From Iphione sp. A-MEVVRFRX5 (lineage: Eukaryota), in contig OZ320313.1 in NCBI GenBank assembly GCA_976226885.1, forward strand, positions 160,208,001-160,272,000: a DNA stretch of 64,000 bases, given 5' to 3'. The translations under genes were made by a program, and so were the position numbers. Below the pieces are notes generated by a model that was not told the DNA's origin, made no database searches, and saw nothing but the letters and a program-made list of their open reading frames with translations. Positions 51,029 through 64,000 of the stretch are shown here, piece after piece (within the stretch, counting starts at the first letter, position 1; the number at the start of each line of letters is the position of its first letter).

Positions 51029-52132
51029 CTATAGAAAGGTCTGCAGGTGCATAATAGAACACAGCGCGTGTCTCTCAAAAAGCTTGCTACACGTTAGAAA
51101 ACGCATGAAGACAGGGATGGGCAATAACTGGTCAATAACTATGCTGACTGGTAAACAAGCGGGCGTACCCTCACAAGGGGGCAACTTCAGAGACATACCT
51201 TTAAGAAGATAGTTACTGTGACCTCTTCCTGGTCCACACTGTGCTCGCCTCTGTGATGATGGCAAGCATACGTGCTCCGGGAGGAGCCATTCTCTCGTCT
51301 CTTATTAAACGGATCAGGTATCTCGGTTTCTTGTGAGGCTGCCACGCACTCCAAGTCACACGACTTCAACAGATGCTGCTCCCCTGTCAGCGAAGTGTCC
51401 GCGCCCTCCTCCGATACGGCTAATTGGTCAGTGGGAAACAGATGGGACTCGGTCCCGACTACAGCGGGCCTCTCACATAGCCCGGTAAAGGCTGCAGATC
51501 CGGGCTTCTCGGCTGACCAGCTGCAGTGCTGCTCATTAGGATCGCTACTACTGCTTCCTGGGTCCCACTCAGGAGCAGTTAAATCGTGTAGCTCCTGCGT
51601 TTGACCATTACTGGCTCTAACACCCTTACGGGGTTGGTCGCCTTGGTTACACTGCACAGCGCCACCAGTTTCATTCACTTCTCCCACTTCAGTTCCATGA
51701 ATGCTTTCTGGCACCGGCTTCTCTTTCTTCCTCTTCTTTTTCTTCCACTGCATGACCCTTCTCATGTCGTCAGGATTTCAGATTTTAAGCCGTCGACACG
51801 TCTCGAACTATACCCTCTACCTGCTACTTTCTCTTCCTCCTTCTTTGTAGTAAAAGTAGGCAGCAACAGTTACCAGTCCATAAATACCACCCACTCCTGC
51901 TCCACTTCCATATAAAAGAAGCAGAGTTTTCCTTTCCTGTTAGAGTGTCAAGTGATAATCCCGACACCTCTTGCTACCTCTGTGTGTCTATCCCGAAAGG
52001 CCTCCACCCAGAATGACGTGAATGACGTCCGTTCAGCAGTAGTTACTGAACTAGATCGGTGCCAGCTGAAGCGAATCCATGGTCAAACCCGCCCCCTCAC
52101 CTACCGGTCTACTGTGCACAGCGTACTGTGTG
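51029..52132 (-). CDS. Candidate single-pass membrane protein gene (or pseudogene), 3' part
   Basis: Putative exons: 52105-52132; 51199-51936 (738 nt, acceptor ctctaacag, donor AAG/gtatgt); 51029-51040 (TFL*). Frame 0 gives ERKTLLLLYGSGAGVGGIYGLVTVAAYFYYK, then three stops (51817-19, 51808-10, 51778-80), then the 192-aa ORF in the same frame. AATAAA lies at 50704-50709 (minus). No recognised homology. Confidence 0.35.
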
Positions 52133-55100
52133 CTGGGAAAATTGTAATAGTTTCACAACAGGATAGCTATCCTAGAACAGAATAAAACCGGATGGTATAT
52201 CCCAACGTTTATCAGGGTAACGCTACAGCATGCTTTCACCAATATATGTGATAACAAATTGAAAGGTCTATCAGTATACATGTAATCATTTGAGCCTTAG
52301 GCCGTGTTTCAATGGATGCATGTAGGTGTTTCCATGCATGTGAGAACGTGTAAGGGCAATTTCTCAATTTCTACAAATCTACTTTCTCATTGTCATTACT
52401 GCTGAACTTGACATGTGGACTCAAGCATTCGATGTTCCTCAGCTGAACAGTTGATAAATCACCAATAAGGAACAGTGATGAAGAGTAGCATTTACAGCGT
52501 AATTTGACAAAATCTGGAATATTCAAGATCCAAGATTCTTTATTAAAAATTCTCCGCTTTTACACAGAGCTCTGCTTGTGTAATAGCAAACAAACAGGTG
52601 AGTGAAAAAATAATTGGTGTCGTGATCAAAAATATATGTATGGGAACTTTTTTACTATGATCAGAAACACCCATGCACTTTTCCAGATTGTACAAGTTTA
52701 CTGGCTGCCAAGCAATGCATCAACTGAACAATCACTGGGCAATGACCAGATAACTAACGGGTGCGGAGTACAGTGAATTTTAATTGGCTTATTTTCTCCT
52801 TCAATTTACTCTTATCTCATTTACAATCCACCCTATTTCCCCTTGATCAGACGAGAACAAGAGCCTAATATGAAGCAGGTAGCGCACAAATGCTATAATG
52901 TTGTTCAGAACGAGGCAATACCCAACCTTAAGATGCAACCGTGGCTAAGACTGTCAGACCATAAAGATGGCTGCCAGGAGTGGAGAAGTGGTGACGTTGT
53001 CATGGTAATGTGATGTCACAATGGGTGGGGTAGCTTTCCCATGGTGACAATGGTGGCCAGCATAAGATAAAATCTTTATTAGTTCTGGCCTGTGTATTCT
53101 TTAGGAAAGATAAAAGAATTACACATGGTTTCGACTTAGTGTCTCTTCAGGCATCTAGAAAAACACGGTGTCACCGAAGTTCAGTGAGCTTAAGGCCTGG
53201 AGCTGTGAGGTGTGGGTGGTCTCAGAGCTCCATGGGTGTATCATAATTGATAGAGCCCAGCCTGTACATGGATAGTCCCATGTGAGGTCTGGTATGGGTA
53301 CCAGACATCCACAAGCAGAGTTGTGGATAGGGAAGGGAAGGATGAAAAGTCCTTAGATTCCCTGGCAACTTCTCCTGAGTGAATGTGGAGGTTCACCAGA
53401 CATAACAGGTAAAAATAAAATTTAAAAAAAAAAAACAAAAAACAAATGCTATAATGATACACGTAATGATTCGTAATGTAAATGCCCATAACGGTCAGAG
53501 GAAAGCATTAATAGGTGTGTCCAGAGGAGGGTGGGGCATCAAGGCAAGTCACCATGCCTTCCCCTCGCCCCCAATAACGAGCAGGGATTTCAGGAGATGT
53601 ATCCAGAGGGAGTTAGCGCACTCCCCCCCCCCCCATCGAGACTGAGATGTTTGGGGGAAGGATTGCGTTTAGAAGAGTTGACACACTTTCTCTTTTGAAA
53701 GTACATGTAGTGTTCCAGAGGAGGGAGGGGCCAAAAAGGAGTCCACGTACACTTCCCCTGTCAATTTGGGGTGTTTGGGATGCATACAGGAGATTTAGCA
53801 TACTTTTCTCGGTAGAAAAACTTAGAATGATTGGTGATGCATCAACAAGTTTCAGCACACTTTCCCCATGGAGGATGGGGTACACAGGGGATAGGGCTAC
53901 TGAGAGGGATCTGCACTCTCTCCCAATCAAGAGCAGGCCATTCAGGGGAGGCCTGCAGAGAAGGCGGCATACACTCAATCCCGAGAAAGGGGGCATCCCG
54001 GGGCATATCATGACGGGCTGGAAAACATTACCCAACAAAAGGCAACCTTCTCCCAGTCAAGGTATCAATAGAAAACAGTCCTAGCAAATGTGTCCAGAAA
54101 AGAAGTAGGCGAGGTAGCAGCAGGAATATCATCACAGAACAACCGTATGCACGGCCATTCAGAAGTGGTCTGTAGCACATTGAGAGGTAGTGCAGCCCTT
54201 AGCAATCTCGGGTAACGCCATTCCGAAACCTTCAAGAAGCACGGCCATACATCTATTTGCAAATGTGAAAAGTCTTTCCCCCCAAAAATACTGCCCAATG
54301 ATTTAACGTGTTGTATTTAGTGGTGATCTGTTGTTCAGGTTATAGCAGTGTGTAGTGATGGATGCTGTTCCTCAACTTATTCTGTCCCAAAACAGAGAAT
54401 GTAACCCAAAGTAGACACTTCCTTGCTGTTGGCTGTGATGGACAGAATAAGATTATCGGGTCAGAGAAGTTTGAACATTCCGTCATGCTGCCATACAGCT
54501 TTTATGTCGGATGGTTTACACCTTCACTCAAACTCGAAACCCAGAAAATACCCTGCTCTGCAACGTTCAGGCTACCTCGCTGGGGATCTTCACGGGCTAT
54601 TTCCCATTGTAAAGGACCTCCTTCCCACCCACTCCATCTGCAGCTTACGTCCCCTGGACTATGCCTGAAAACGTGTGCTCGTATGGTACGGATGTATATA
54701 AGCATCATGAAAAAGGTGGCACTGCAAGCTTGCTTCCCAAGCATCCGTAAGACCAATGCTTGGTAATGAAAGAATATTGTGTATATAAACATACTTATCA
54801 TATGTTTTCGCGTGAGAGGTTATGTTCCAACTTCTGCCTTAAGTCGACACTTTAGCCCACCGAGCGACGATTTCCCGTCTGAACGGGCGTAGTAGTTCTC
54901 CCATGAAACAAACGGCGGCGCCACAGGACCACTGACTCGGCTGTGAACGGATGCTATTAGATATGTGCTGACCACGCCCCTTTCTCAACCATCCTCCCTG
55001 AATTACGGCGGGCGAGACTAACGATTATTTTGCCGAAATAATGACTCTGTCAGATCGGCACGTAGGATGGCCCTGCATACTTGAGCCGCTTAGGTAGGCA

Positions 55101-58100
55101 GAGTAAGTATAAAGCGGCAGACAGACCTGCAAACGGAGAGACAGACAGACAGACAAACACACAGACAAACTGTGACGGACAGACAAACTGTGAGATGCGC
55201 AGCGTTCCCTTAATCATCAATCCAAACTGATGCCGGACTCTACCGATATGCTACACGTATATCGACTGTTCTGGATTAATGCGTTTTCATTCACAGCGAT
55301 CATTTTCATTGTGTGGAGGCTCGGGTGATAGGCAGAGTGGTCGGTTACCTGACGTAACAAGCCGAAATGACTAAGCTCCCGATGATAATGATGAAAGGGG
55401 TCACATGATTCAACCTGTAAACCTTCGCACGTGACATTATATTGACTTGTTTGCCCTACTTCGCACCGCTTGGTTTAATCTTAGGTCAGCGAATGACAAG
55501 TAATAGTGCATAGATACACACAGTATACATATTTACATAATATGTACAATCAGGAGAAAAGTTCCCTTAGACAGTTTGTAGCCGCTGTGTGCGAACAATT
55601 AGTTTGTAAAAGCAGTACATGTATTGATTTGCGAAACAATTTGTATCCATCCGCCTTAAGTGCTAACAAAGGAGAAGTTTAAATAAATGATACTACAGAT
55701 GCTTATACACACCGTAAAATCAACAACCTTGAGGAGATCAATATGGCTGTGGAATTGACCCTAATCTTAAAACTGACAATGTACTGACACCAGGCAACAC
55801 TGTTACAAGGTGATGCTGGCAGAAGGGGGTATTGGTGAGTGGATGCATGAGTGTGAGTGCATTGTCAGACCTAGACACAAGATACATATGTTTGCGGGTT
55901 TGTTTGCAAAAGAGTAAATTGACAGAATTTCACCTTTAGAATCCTTGAATTACTACCCAAATTACTCAGTTCTATGGATCTATATACATATCATATGTCA
56001 AAATTAGCTGACTAATGGGTTTTAGAACAATAAGACCCACAAGAGTATGACGGAAGGTCGGATGGTCGGACAGCAGCATTCCTAAGGTCCCCCACTCTCT
56101 ATGAGGCTGGGGACAAAGTGTACATGTGTATGTACGTCTTCAAAGGTCTGGGAAATCATGTCGAACACGCGCAGGGTGAATTACATCGTTTCAAAGAGTG
56201 AGAAAAATTCTTCCCACAAGTTCTATCAGTCACCGGAGAATATGAACATGTACGGTGTACATGTATACATGGAAGCGGTCCAGAGGAGAGGACGAAACTG
56301 ATGCGCTGGAAACTATTCGGTGACATCTGCGTTCAGTGCTCTGGCAGAGACGCCACAACGAGCGGGTATACATGTATGCAGGCCTCGGGGATAAGGAGCC
56401 GCAGCCTGGAAACGCTGAGGCCCAGCCGTGTCACCAATCTAATATAAATCCATCAACTCACAGAGACATGAGATGGCTGCTCCTCCTTTCTGAGCATTCC
56501 AGGTCTATGACTACATAACTAAATATACATGGAGAGGACAACGCACGGGTGCGCTTGTCCCTAGCGAAAATTGCCAAATGACATACAAGAAAGAAGGAGG
56601 GGTGGGGCGGATCGGGAAAAGTATATATACATGTATACATGTATGTACATGTATATCTAAATAGGTGTATTCGAGATCACTAAGTGGTACGCGTCAAGGG
56701 TGAGGCATTGTGATTAGCAAAGGGAAACCATAAAGCAGACGAGTATTTACAAGATCCAAAGGCAGCTAAAATTGGTCATGCATCATAATACAGAACATAG
56801 CGACCATCGGGACGAGTGTAGACGCGAAGAGACAAGGACATAGACATTTTGGCGCGGACCCCTCCACGCACACACACACATACCAATATTTCAAACCACT
56901 CACAGGGGACCCACGACAAGATGACTCGTTAGATGTGGGGAAGGTCCGACATGGGCTTCCCCCTGGAATGTGGCGCTGAAAGTCGGCCTACTTGCATCCG
57001 AGGTGAGTGGGAGAGGGACTAGCGAGGACAACCCGTTCTGGCAGTGAACACACACACACCACACACATACAAACAAACACACACACGCGCGCAAGCACAC
57101 ACACACACACACACATACACACGATGAGTGTACCAGACCGCCATTCTTAGTCAATGAGTGGGGCACTACGGCACCCACGACAAGCTGCCCACCAGTCAGG
57201 TACGTGGAGCAGAGACATTCCTGGGCGACCGAGTCAACGCCGGCTAGGGTTCCCAACCCGAATAAAAAAAAACAAATCGAGAGATTCAGACCAAGGCGAC
57301 GACACTGTAAATAAATGTAGTGCCAAGAAATTGTCCTGACGGGTGCATCGACTGTTGGTCGTATTTTTGTTTTTTGTTGTTGTTGTTGTTGTTTTGATTT
57401 TTTTTTTTTTTTTTTTGGGGGGGGGGGGGCACCGCATCTGATGAAAGCTTACAAAAGGGTAGTGATCTCTGACAAAATCGACCCATTAGTATGCAGGGCC
57501 TTGCTAAACTCCCATCCAATATTAAGAGGACACTGGCTTCAGCTGGCTGCCGACTGGACTGCCGAACAGCGTCAAACTGCTCGGTCTGGGAAATCACAGG
57601 TATGAGTCTCGCCCCCTGATCCGGTTACGCTGTGCGGCCTTGATGCTGGTTCCGTGGTCTTCTAGGCTGATTGGTGCGGTCTGCCAGCTCTGCCCACAGA
57701 CTGACATACATACTAATGGTGCTGAATTGAGCACATAGCTTTCTAACACGTCGCGCGCGAGGGGGGGGGCGGTTACTGGATTGGTTGACGTGGTTACGGG
57801 CCATATAGCCAGTACATTGGAATACCTCATTCAGGACAACCTTCTAATCAGGACAACTGGGAGTAAAGATACGCAGGACAGAATAAAACCCATAAAACTA
57901 TGTTTAAATGTCGCTGCAATTCCGGATATCCCTCTTTCCTTAAACTTTCTTGCTCGTTCCTCTGCTGTTCGTATCAGAGAGATTACATTGTATTTTTTTT
58001 CAATAATGAAGGATGTTTTTACAGTTCTCCTACACATTTCAGAACGCATCCTCTGACACAACGCATTTTATAATCCATGTATACTGTAGATACATGGTTG

Positions 58101-59692
58101 ACATAGATCTGAATTTGTCAATTTATGATATCATTACGTCGCCATATACAGTCAGATCTCATTATTTCAAACCTGTATGGTTGCCAGAATTTCCCCTGGG
58201 GTGCTGAATCATCTGAAGTACTGACTCATTTATACAACAGAAATAACAAAGCTATTGTAACTATATGTATATATTAAGTACCGAAAAAACACTTTTATGT
58301 TTTGGGTCTTCGAAGTAGCATGTTCTAACTCTAGTTGATTAAAGACTGTGTTTAGCTCTAAGAACTTCACTAATACATGTTCACTGTGATTCGTCGGGGT
58401 AAAGATGATGACTGATTAACGCATTCACAGATTAACGCTTTACTGGAAAATGTTAGCATGGATAGAACCGGCTATCACTAGATTCTCTTGGTCAAGTCAG
58501 CATTTACAGTCTGGAACACTGATTACAACTGAATTGTCTTCATAGCAAATACTGTCAATTGCGGTGTATGCCTTCCACGTAGGAGGTGCGAGGGCAACGG
58601 ACAAAGACCTCAGGGTCCGTATACCGACTGCATCAAGAGTCCTGATTGAAAGCAAGAAAGGCAGAAGTCAATCCCAAGGCAGGCAAGAATGCCAGCGACC
58701 TCGGCAACAAATCGACTGTTTACCAGCGACCCACTAAGTCAATTAGGGGCGCGCAGCCGGGCTCCCGACACGTGGAGCCGCTCACAGATGGTAAAACCAG
58801 AACAGCCGAAAGCCGCAATTACAATGCTCATGCAGCGAGCAGTCCCGAGCTTCTTGTAAGAAGATAGCAACCTATAGCTGGGTAGTGGGATTCAAAGCGG
58901 CCAGCAGCTATTGGTTTGTCTATACAGCCATTACTGGGGTAGGTTTATGAGACTAGGAAGAGGAAGAAAACTCATCTCGTCTATATGAGAGGTTGGTTGG
59001 TTACGCAGGGAACCTGGAGCCGACCTGGCAGTAGAAGATGGTACTAGACAAGCTGTCCTGATGACTTCTTTTTGTCATCATCATGCAGGGTAGCGCTAGC
59101 TCCCTCATGTCCTAATACTTTGCCTTGACCTGGGACCTGATCAGGTGGTACTGGGTCAGTTTATTCGAACAGGTCTGCTTGAAACGACTCACACGGCGCC
59201 AAAAACAGATTCAACATTGGTCCGGTGTGTATATACGAAATTAAAACACGCAAACAACCTGGACAACGGAGCATCACAGACGAACAGTCAACCGCATGCC
59301 TGTCACATGTACATGCAGTCATCGACCTGGCTCTTTTCCAGGTGCGACGATCACCGACCTCATTGTGCACGGGAACAGTAGGGTAGCTCGAAATTTACCC
59401 CCTCCCCCCATCAACAAACACACACCTACCCTGGTCCTTCCGACCAAGCTTTAAATGCATGTGTAGTGACAAAACGTGTAGACTATGGCCTCCATCAGGA
59501 CAGGGCGATGGGCAATCGAGGAAAACAGGCATTTCAGGAGCCGGAGAACCAATAAGTATTTTGATAGCCCCGGAGACGGCCAGCCTACTACACGTAGGAT
59601 ATGGATTAGGGAAGAGCGTAGCTACCGAATGTAGACAGTGCCGCTCCCCAGGAAGTAGCACCATTCATGACAGAGCATTCAACCCTAGGCTA

Positions 59693-59862
59693 NNNNNNNN
59701 NNNNNNNNNNNNNNNNNNNNNNNNNNNNNNNNNNNNNNNNNNNNNNNNNNNNNNNNNNNNNNNNNNNNNNNNNNNNNNNNNNNNNNNNNNNNNNNNNNNN
59801 NNNNNNNNNNNNNNNNNNNNNNNNNNNNNNNNNNNNNNNNNNNNNNNNNNNNNNNNNNNNNN
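59693..59862. other. Assembly gap (170 N)
   Basis: N run. Confidence 1.
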
Positions 59863-60073
59863 TTCCGAACATTGACAGCATATACAGGACACTGAAAACC
59901 TCCTGACGACGGTATGAACGATCCGCAATACTCGTGCTGTATTAAACAACGGCAACCTATATACCTTGTCTGATCTACTGATCGATTATAATTTATGGAA
60001 ATTCCGTTATGATGATGACCTTACAAAGAGGTCATTTCATAGGTTTCAGGTCTCATGATGGTCGTTAAAAACA

Positions 60074-60263
60074 GCAAACAATACAACAAAGTTAATGATT
60101 ATGGAAAGAATTATACATTCCACAGACACGGCAGTGAGTTTGGCCATTTTAAAAAATTGATTACTGAAGCAAACAATACAACAAAGCTAATGATTATGGA
60201 AAAAATTATACATTCCACAGACACGACATTGAGTTTTGGCATTTTAAAAAATTGATTACTGAA
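60074..60263. repeat. Tandem duplication, 95 bp x2
   Basis: gcaaacaatacaacaaag(t/c)taatgattatggaaa...cacagacacg...ttttaaaaaattgattactgaa repeated. Confidence 0.9.
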
Positions 60264-63200
60264 ACTCTGTTAAGTACAATTAAGTAAAATGACATGGAAC
60301 TTTTACCGCCGGCAGACTACAGTACTGACGAAATGTACAATACACATGCATATTAGTGCCAATTAAAGCAATCGGGAGAAACTTCGCGAGACCGACTTTA
60401 CATAGAGACTGACTTAACAGAGCAATGTACAGGTATGCCTTAAGAAAGTTGATATTTTTTCTGACACCATTTCGTTCTCAGAAATTTCGTTATTTAAAGG
60501 AGGCATATTATCTCCAGCAGAAATGTTCATGTCTTTTGGCTGAATATTTACTAAATCATTTCTTCTACCAGCATAATTCGTCTTTGCCTCCTTCTATTTT
60601 TATTTCTTTCCATAATACGGTGAAGAAAGTGGTCTCAGACCACAAACCTGAAAAAAATTTTTTAGCCACTTTCAATCTAGGGAGGCTTTGACTTGTTCGA
60701 GATGGGAACAATAAACTAACCTGAAATGTGAAATGTGAAATCTGAGATACGTGCAAATACACTCGTGCTTTTAAAAGGCTCAGTGGGAAGATCCCCCCCC
60801 CCCCCCATCTATCTATCAAACGATGTAGACGGCAGTTCGCACGATGACTCAATGAAAAAATGGGGACGCGGTGTGAAATACCATTAAATACTGCGGCGCT
60901 TAAACGGTATGGGCGAATAAAAATAAGGCAGTCACATGTCATGCATAACTCTGATACGGCTGAGTGTATTATTATTAACGTTGTGGCGATAAAGGTCAAG
61001 AACGAAGGTTATCTGCAACAACAGGCCAAAAAACTGACCTATTATTTATATATACATATATTTCCTATGCCATCTGCATAGGTGAAACTAGTTGTTTTCT
61101 TATTATGTTCGTGGTGGATCTTATCAAGATACCTAACAGTACAGTGACAAAATGTAAAGAAAAATATATGCTCAAGTCTGAAGCTGAACGATCTCCGAAT
61201 GCCTCACTGTAAATCATAGCAAGGCCCATTTTGATGTGTTCCTTATCGATAAGACTTTTTGCGGTATTACACACTATGAGCAAATACCTTCCTGTTCCCC
61301 AAATGCTGTAAACTTTGACGAATGATTTTTTTCCCCTCAGTACTGTACAGATAGCAACAAATACACAGCATTGGTAAACGAGGAGAGAGAGGCATTCGCT
61401 CAGGCACCAAGGCGTCCCTGAACAAACTCTCCGCCCAAATCAGTTAAACTGCAGTCGAGTGAAAATGACAGACGAACAGACTTGGACCAATGTATTCACG
61501 GGGCATATTTACTATGGCTGAACTGCCTTGCGTCAGAGTGGAGTGTGAATTGATGTGCCTGACTGGTTATAACCTGTTATGTGAGTGATCATACATGCAA
61601 GACGGGCGCAAAGGCACACATACACACAACATAACCACTGCAACGCTCATCCTACTTAACACGACTAGCAGTAGAACAATCCAGCTTTGGAGACCTACCA
61701 CTATAACAAATACATTACTCGACCTTACCACCCAATCGACCTCTGTTTTACTGCTCACTGATAAAACCATTCAAATTAATTTGCGCTGTTGTTGGTACCA
61801 CATACTCTGTAACAACCACCCCCCCCCCACCATGTTTGTACGCCACAAACCATCAAATGGGCGTGTTTTTTTCCTCAACATGTAATAAATGATGACTATC
61901 ACTCGTGACGGATCTGTGCCACTTAAACTTTCATGTCGTGTGTGCATCTCTACTATCCACTGTATATCGTTTTATTTTGTTCGTAGTTTTTTTTGTGCTG
62001 GCTTTTGTTTTCCAGTGGTGTTCGTATTGGTATCCTTTGGCCGCCTCCCAAGCTGCACCAATTAGTACCTTATGGTAGAACCGGCGAGGTCAACGTTACG
62101 TCACCGTTTCCCAGCCCCGCCTGTAATGTGCCTAAACGCCGGCTGGGGGCGCACCGTCCTGCATGAGCGTCTCGTCGTCGTCGTCGGCGCCGACGATCAG
62201 GCTCAATTATTCAGCTCTCATCATGTAGAAGATAAGTATGATATACAAAGGCCGACTGTCTGGTCTGAATGAGTCGCCTGGTGGATCGGGCCTCGCGAGG
62301 TACTTTGTATTGCAGACGGTGAGGGTTACATGTATAAGGGCCACACTGTAGGGGGTGGGGGTGGATGGGGGACGGGGGGGGGGGGTACCCGCAAAGGAAA
62401 GTGGCTTGAACTTGTACGCGACTAGGATTGACTCGCCCGTATGTGATGAAGTGAATGGATATGACCATAGCATTATGATAAATGTACACTGTATTCACGT
62501 CCCAGTGGTCGTACTATCCACAGCCGCGGACATGTGAGCACGTCAATCGACCTGAAACCTATGCACATGGTCCAAGGCAAAATATGTTTTCTTTAAAACA
62601 ACCTACGTCCTTCGTGCACCCGCACATCTGCAAGGCCTCCGCCTCCCCTGGCTGCACGCCGTGAGAAGGTGGGCTGTACACGTAGGAATAAGATTCCTTC
62701 TCTCCTCTTGGAGGAATCGCACGTTAGCTGTGAGGTACATGTACTCTCTTAGACGATCTGAACGGTAATCAGGAGCCGACCACGACATGTTCATCAGCAG
62801 AGCCGGCTGCCATTATGAGATCCACAATACGTTACAACATGTCTGCTAATAGCATGCGTGACCAGCCACTATTAGCCACGGAGCTGGGCGCGGCTGCTTA
62901 CCATGCACGAAGGGTCAGCCTGAGACATGGTTTGACCACACCCTCCTCATCAATGACCACCATCTTCATGCCCATATATATATACATATACATGTATATT
63001 AAAAATGTATGGGCAATTAAAACAAGCGACCTAAACGGCGCCGTATCAGGACGACTGATTCCCTGTCTAGAGACCACACGCTATACTTGCACTTGGAATG
63101 ATTCTGTGGGTGAGGACAATTCATCAGGGTAGAATCTAGAGACACAAACATTATTTTCAATATGCTGTTCTTGCCGGAGTTATTACTGGCGATATAATAC

Positions 63201-64000
63201 GGTCATGAACCTCAACTCGGCAGGAAGAAACGCCTGCGTGAAACCCTGGTATTAAAGTTAGTCGAATTCTATATCTCCTGCATTCAGATCTGCCTAAACA
63301 GGGAGAGTTACGGGTGAAAAACACATTGGCCGCCCAATATTTACTTTGGACTGCATACGGATGACAGCAATGTCAGGAAATAAAAGTCAATATTCGCCTG
63401 CTTTTATCAGCGTGTCTATGTAGAAGGTTTTATGTCTCTCTGGTTTCAGGTATTACTCTAAAGTCCGATGTAATGTTATTTCAAACAGCTGAGAATGCGA
63501 CTGACCTATTATTTGGAGGACTGGGAAGGGTGAGCGGGAAATTCTGTAAACAAAACAATTTGGCACCAGATGTGAACCTTCTCGGCGATACAATTAAGGT
63601 CATAACCTATTCGTAAAGGCATGTAGATGAATATCATTTGTTTAAAGGTGAAACTATCTGAGGTCATACGATCTTGGTCTCACTTAAGTTATCCGAGGTT
63701 TTGCCCCATATAAATGTATCTGTTGTGCCATTATTAAAGGGACTGAGTTGTGTTCCATTCCTTACATCCACCCAAATATCCCTCCGCCCACTCCTATTGA
63801 AAAAAAAGAAAAAGAAACTATTTTGAAACGCAACTGCCCGCCTCAATCACTTAAGTGTCCACTTAGCTTAATGAAATCGAAAAGGACCATGTCACATAGT
63901 TTCGCTATCATCTCAAACGAAAATCGATACCCCGCTGTAGTACTTGTATACTAAAAAAATAAATGTTTAAAAAAAATCTAAAAAGATGACCCAATCAGAC

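Noticed and set aside
54850-54930. Possible YY1 or ZNF143 promoter motifs
   Set aside because: Only near-matches (caaacggcggcg; tgggagaactactacg), with no supported transcript start.
56906-57002. Plus-strand exon-like segment with good acceptor and donor
   Set aside because: All three frames contain stops; at most it is non-coding.
61595-61885. Thr/Leu-periodic 96-aa ORF
   Set aside because: It has no splice support or homology and is low complexity.

Overview
This is eukaryotic (metazoan) genomic DNA, intron-rich, with about 39% GC by eye. It has many TACATGTA motifs and poly-G/C runs, and two scaffold gaps (36106-36369, 59693-59862). I could not assign the species. Two multi-exon genes can be assembled by hand with GT-AG introns and consistent phases. 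(1) Plus strand, 177-29443: a 5'-partial unconventional myosin (27 exons, about 1025 aa in the window). Its order is motor, single IQ, short charged helix, an SH2 module of the SH2D2A/SH2D4/HSH2D type, then a proline-rich tail, which fits a class-28-like 'myosin-SH2'. (2) Minus strand, 45592-35376: ceramide transfer protein CERT1 (13 exons, about 527 aa), covering the C-terminal half of PH, the serine-repeat motif, FFAT and START. The exons for the N-terminal half of the CERT PH domain are not visible in the 18 kb upstream. That interval instead holds a decayed Penelope GIY-YIG element, a tRNA-derived SINE, a (GAGT)n tract, and a candidate same-strand single-pass membrane-protein gene whose largest exon is interrupted by three clustered stops. 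The remaining sequence is intronic or intergenic, with MITEs, minisatellites and short duplications.
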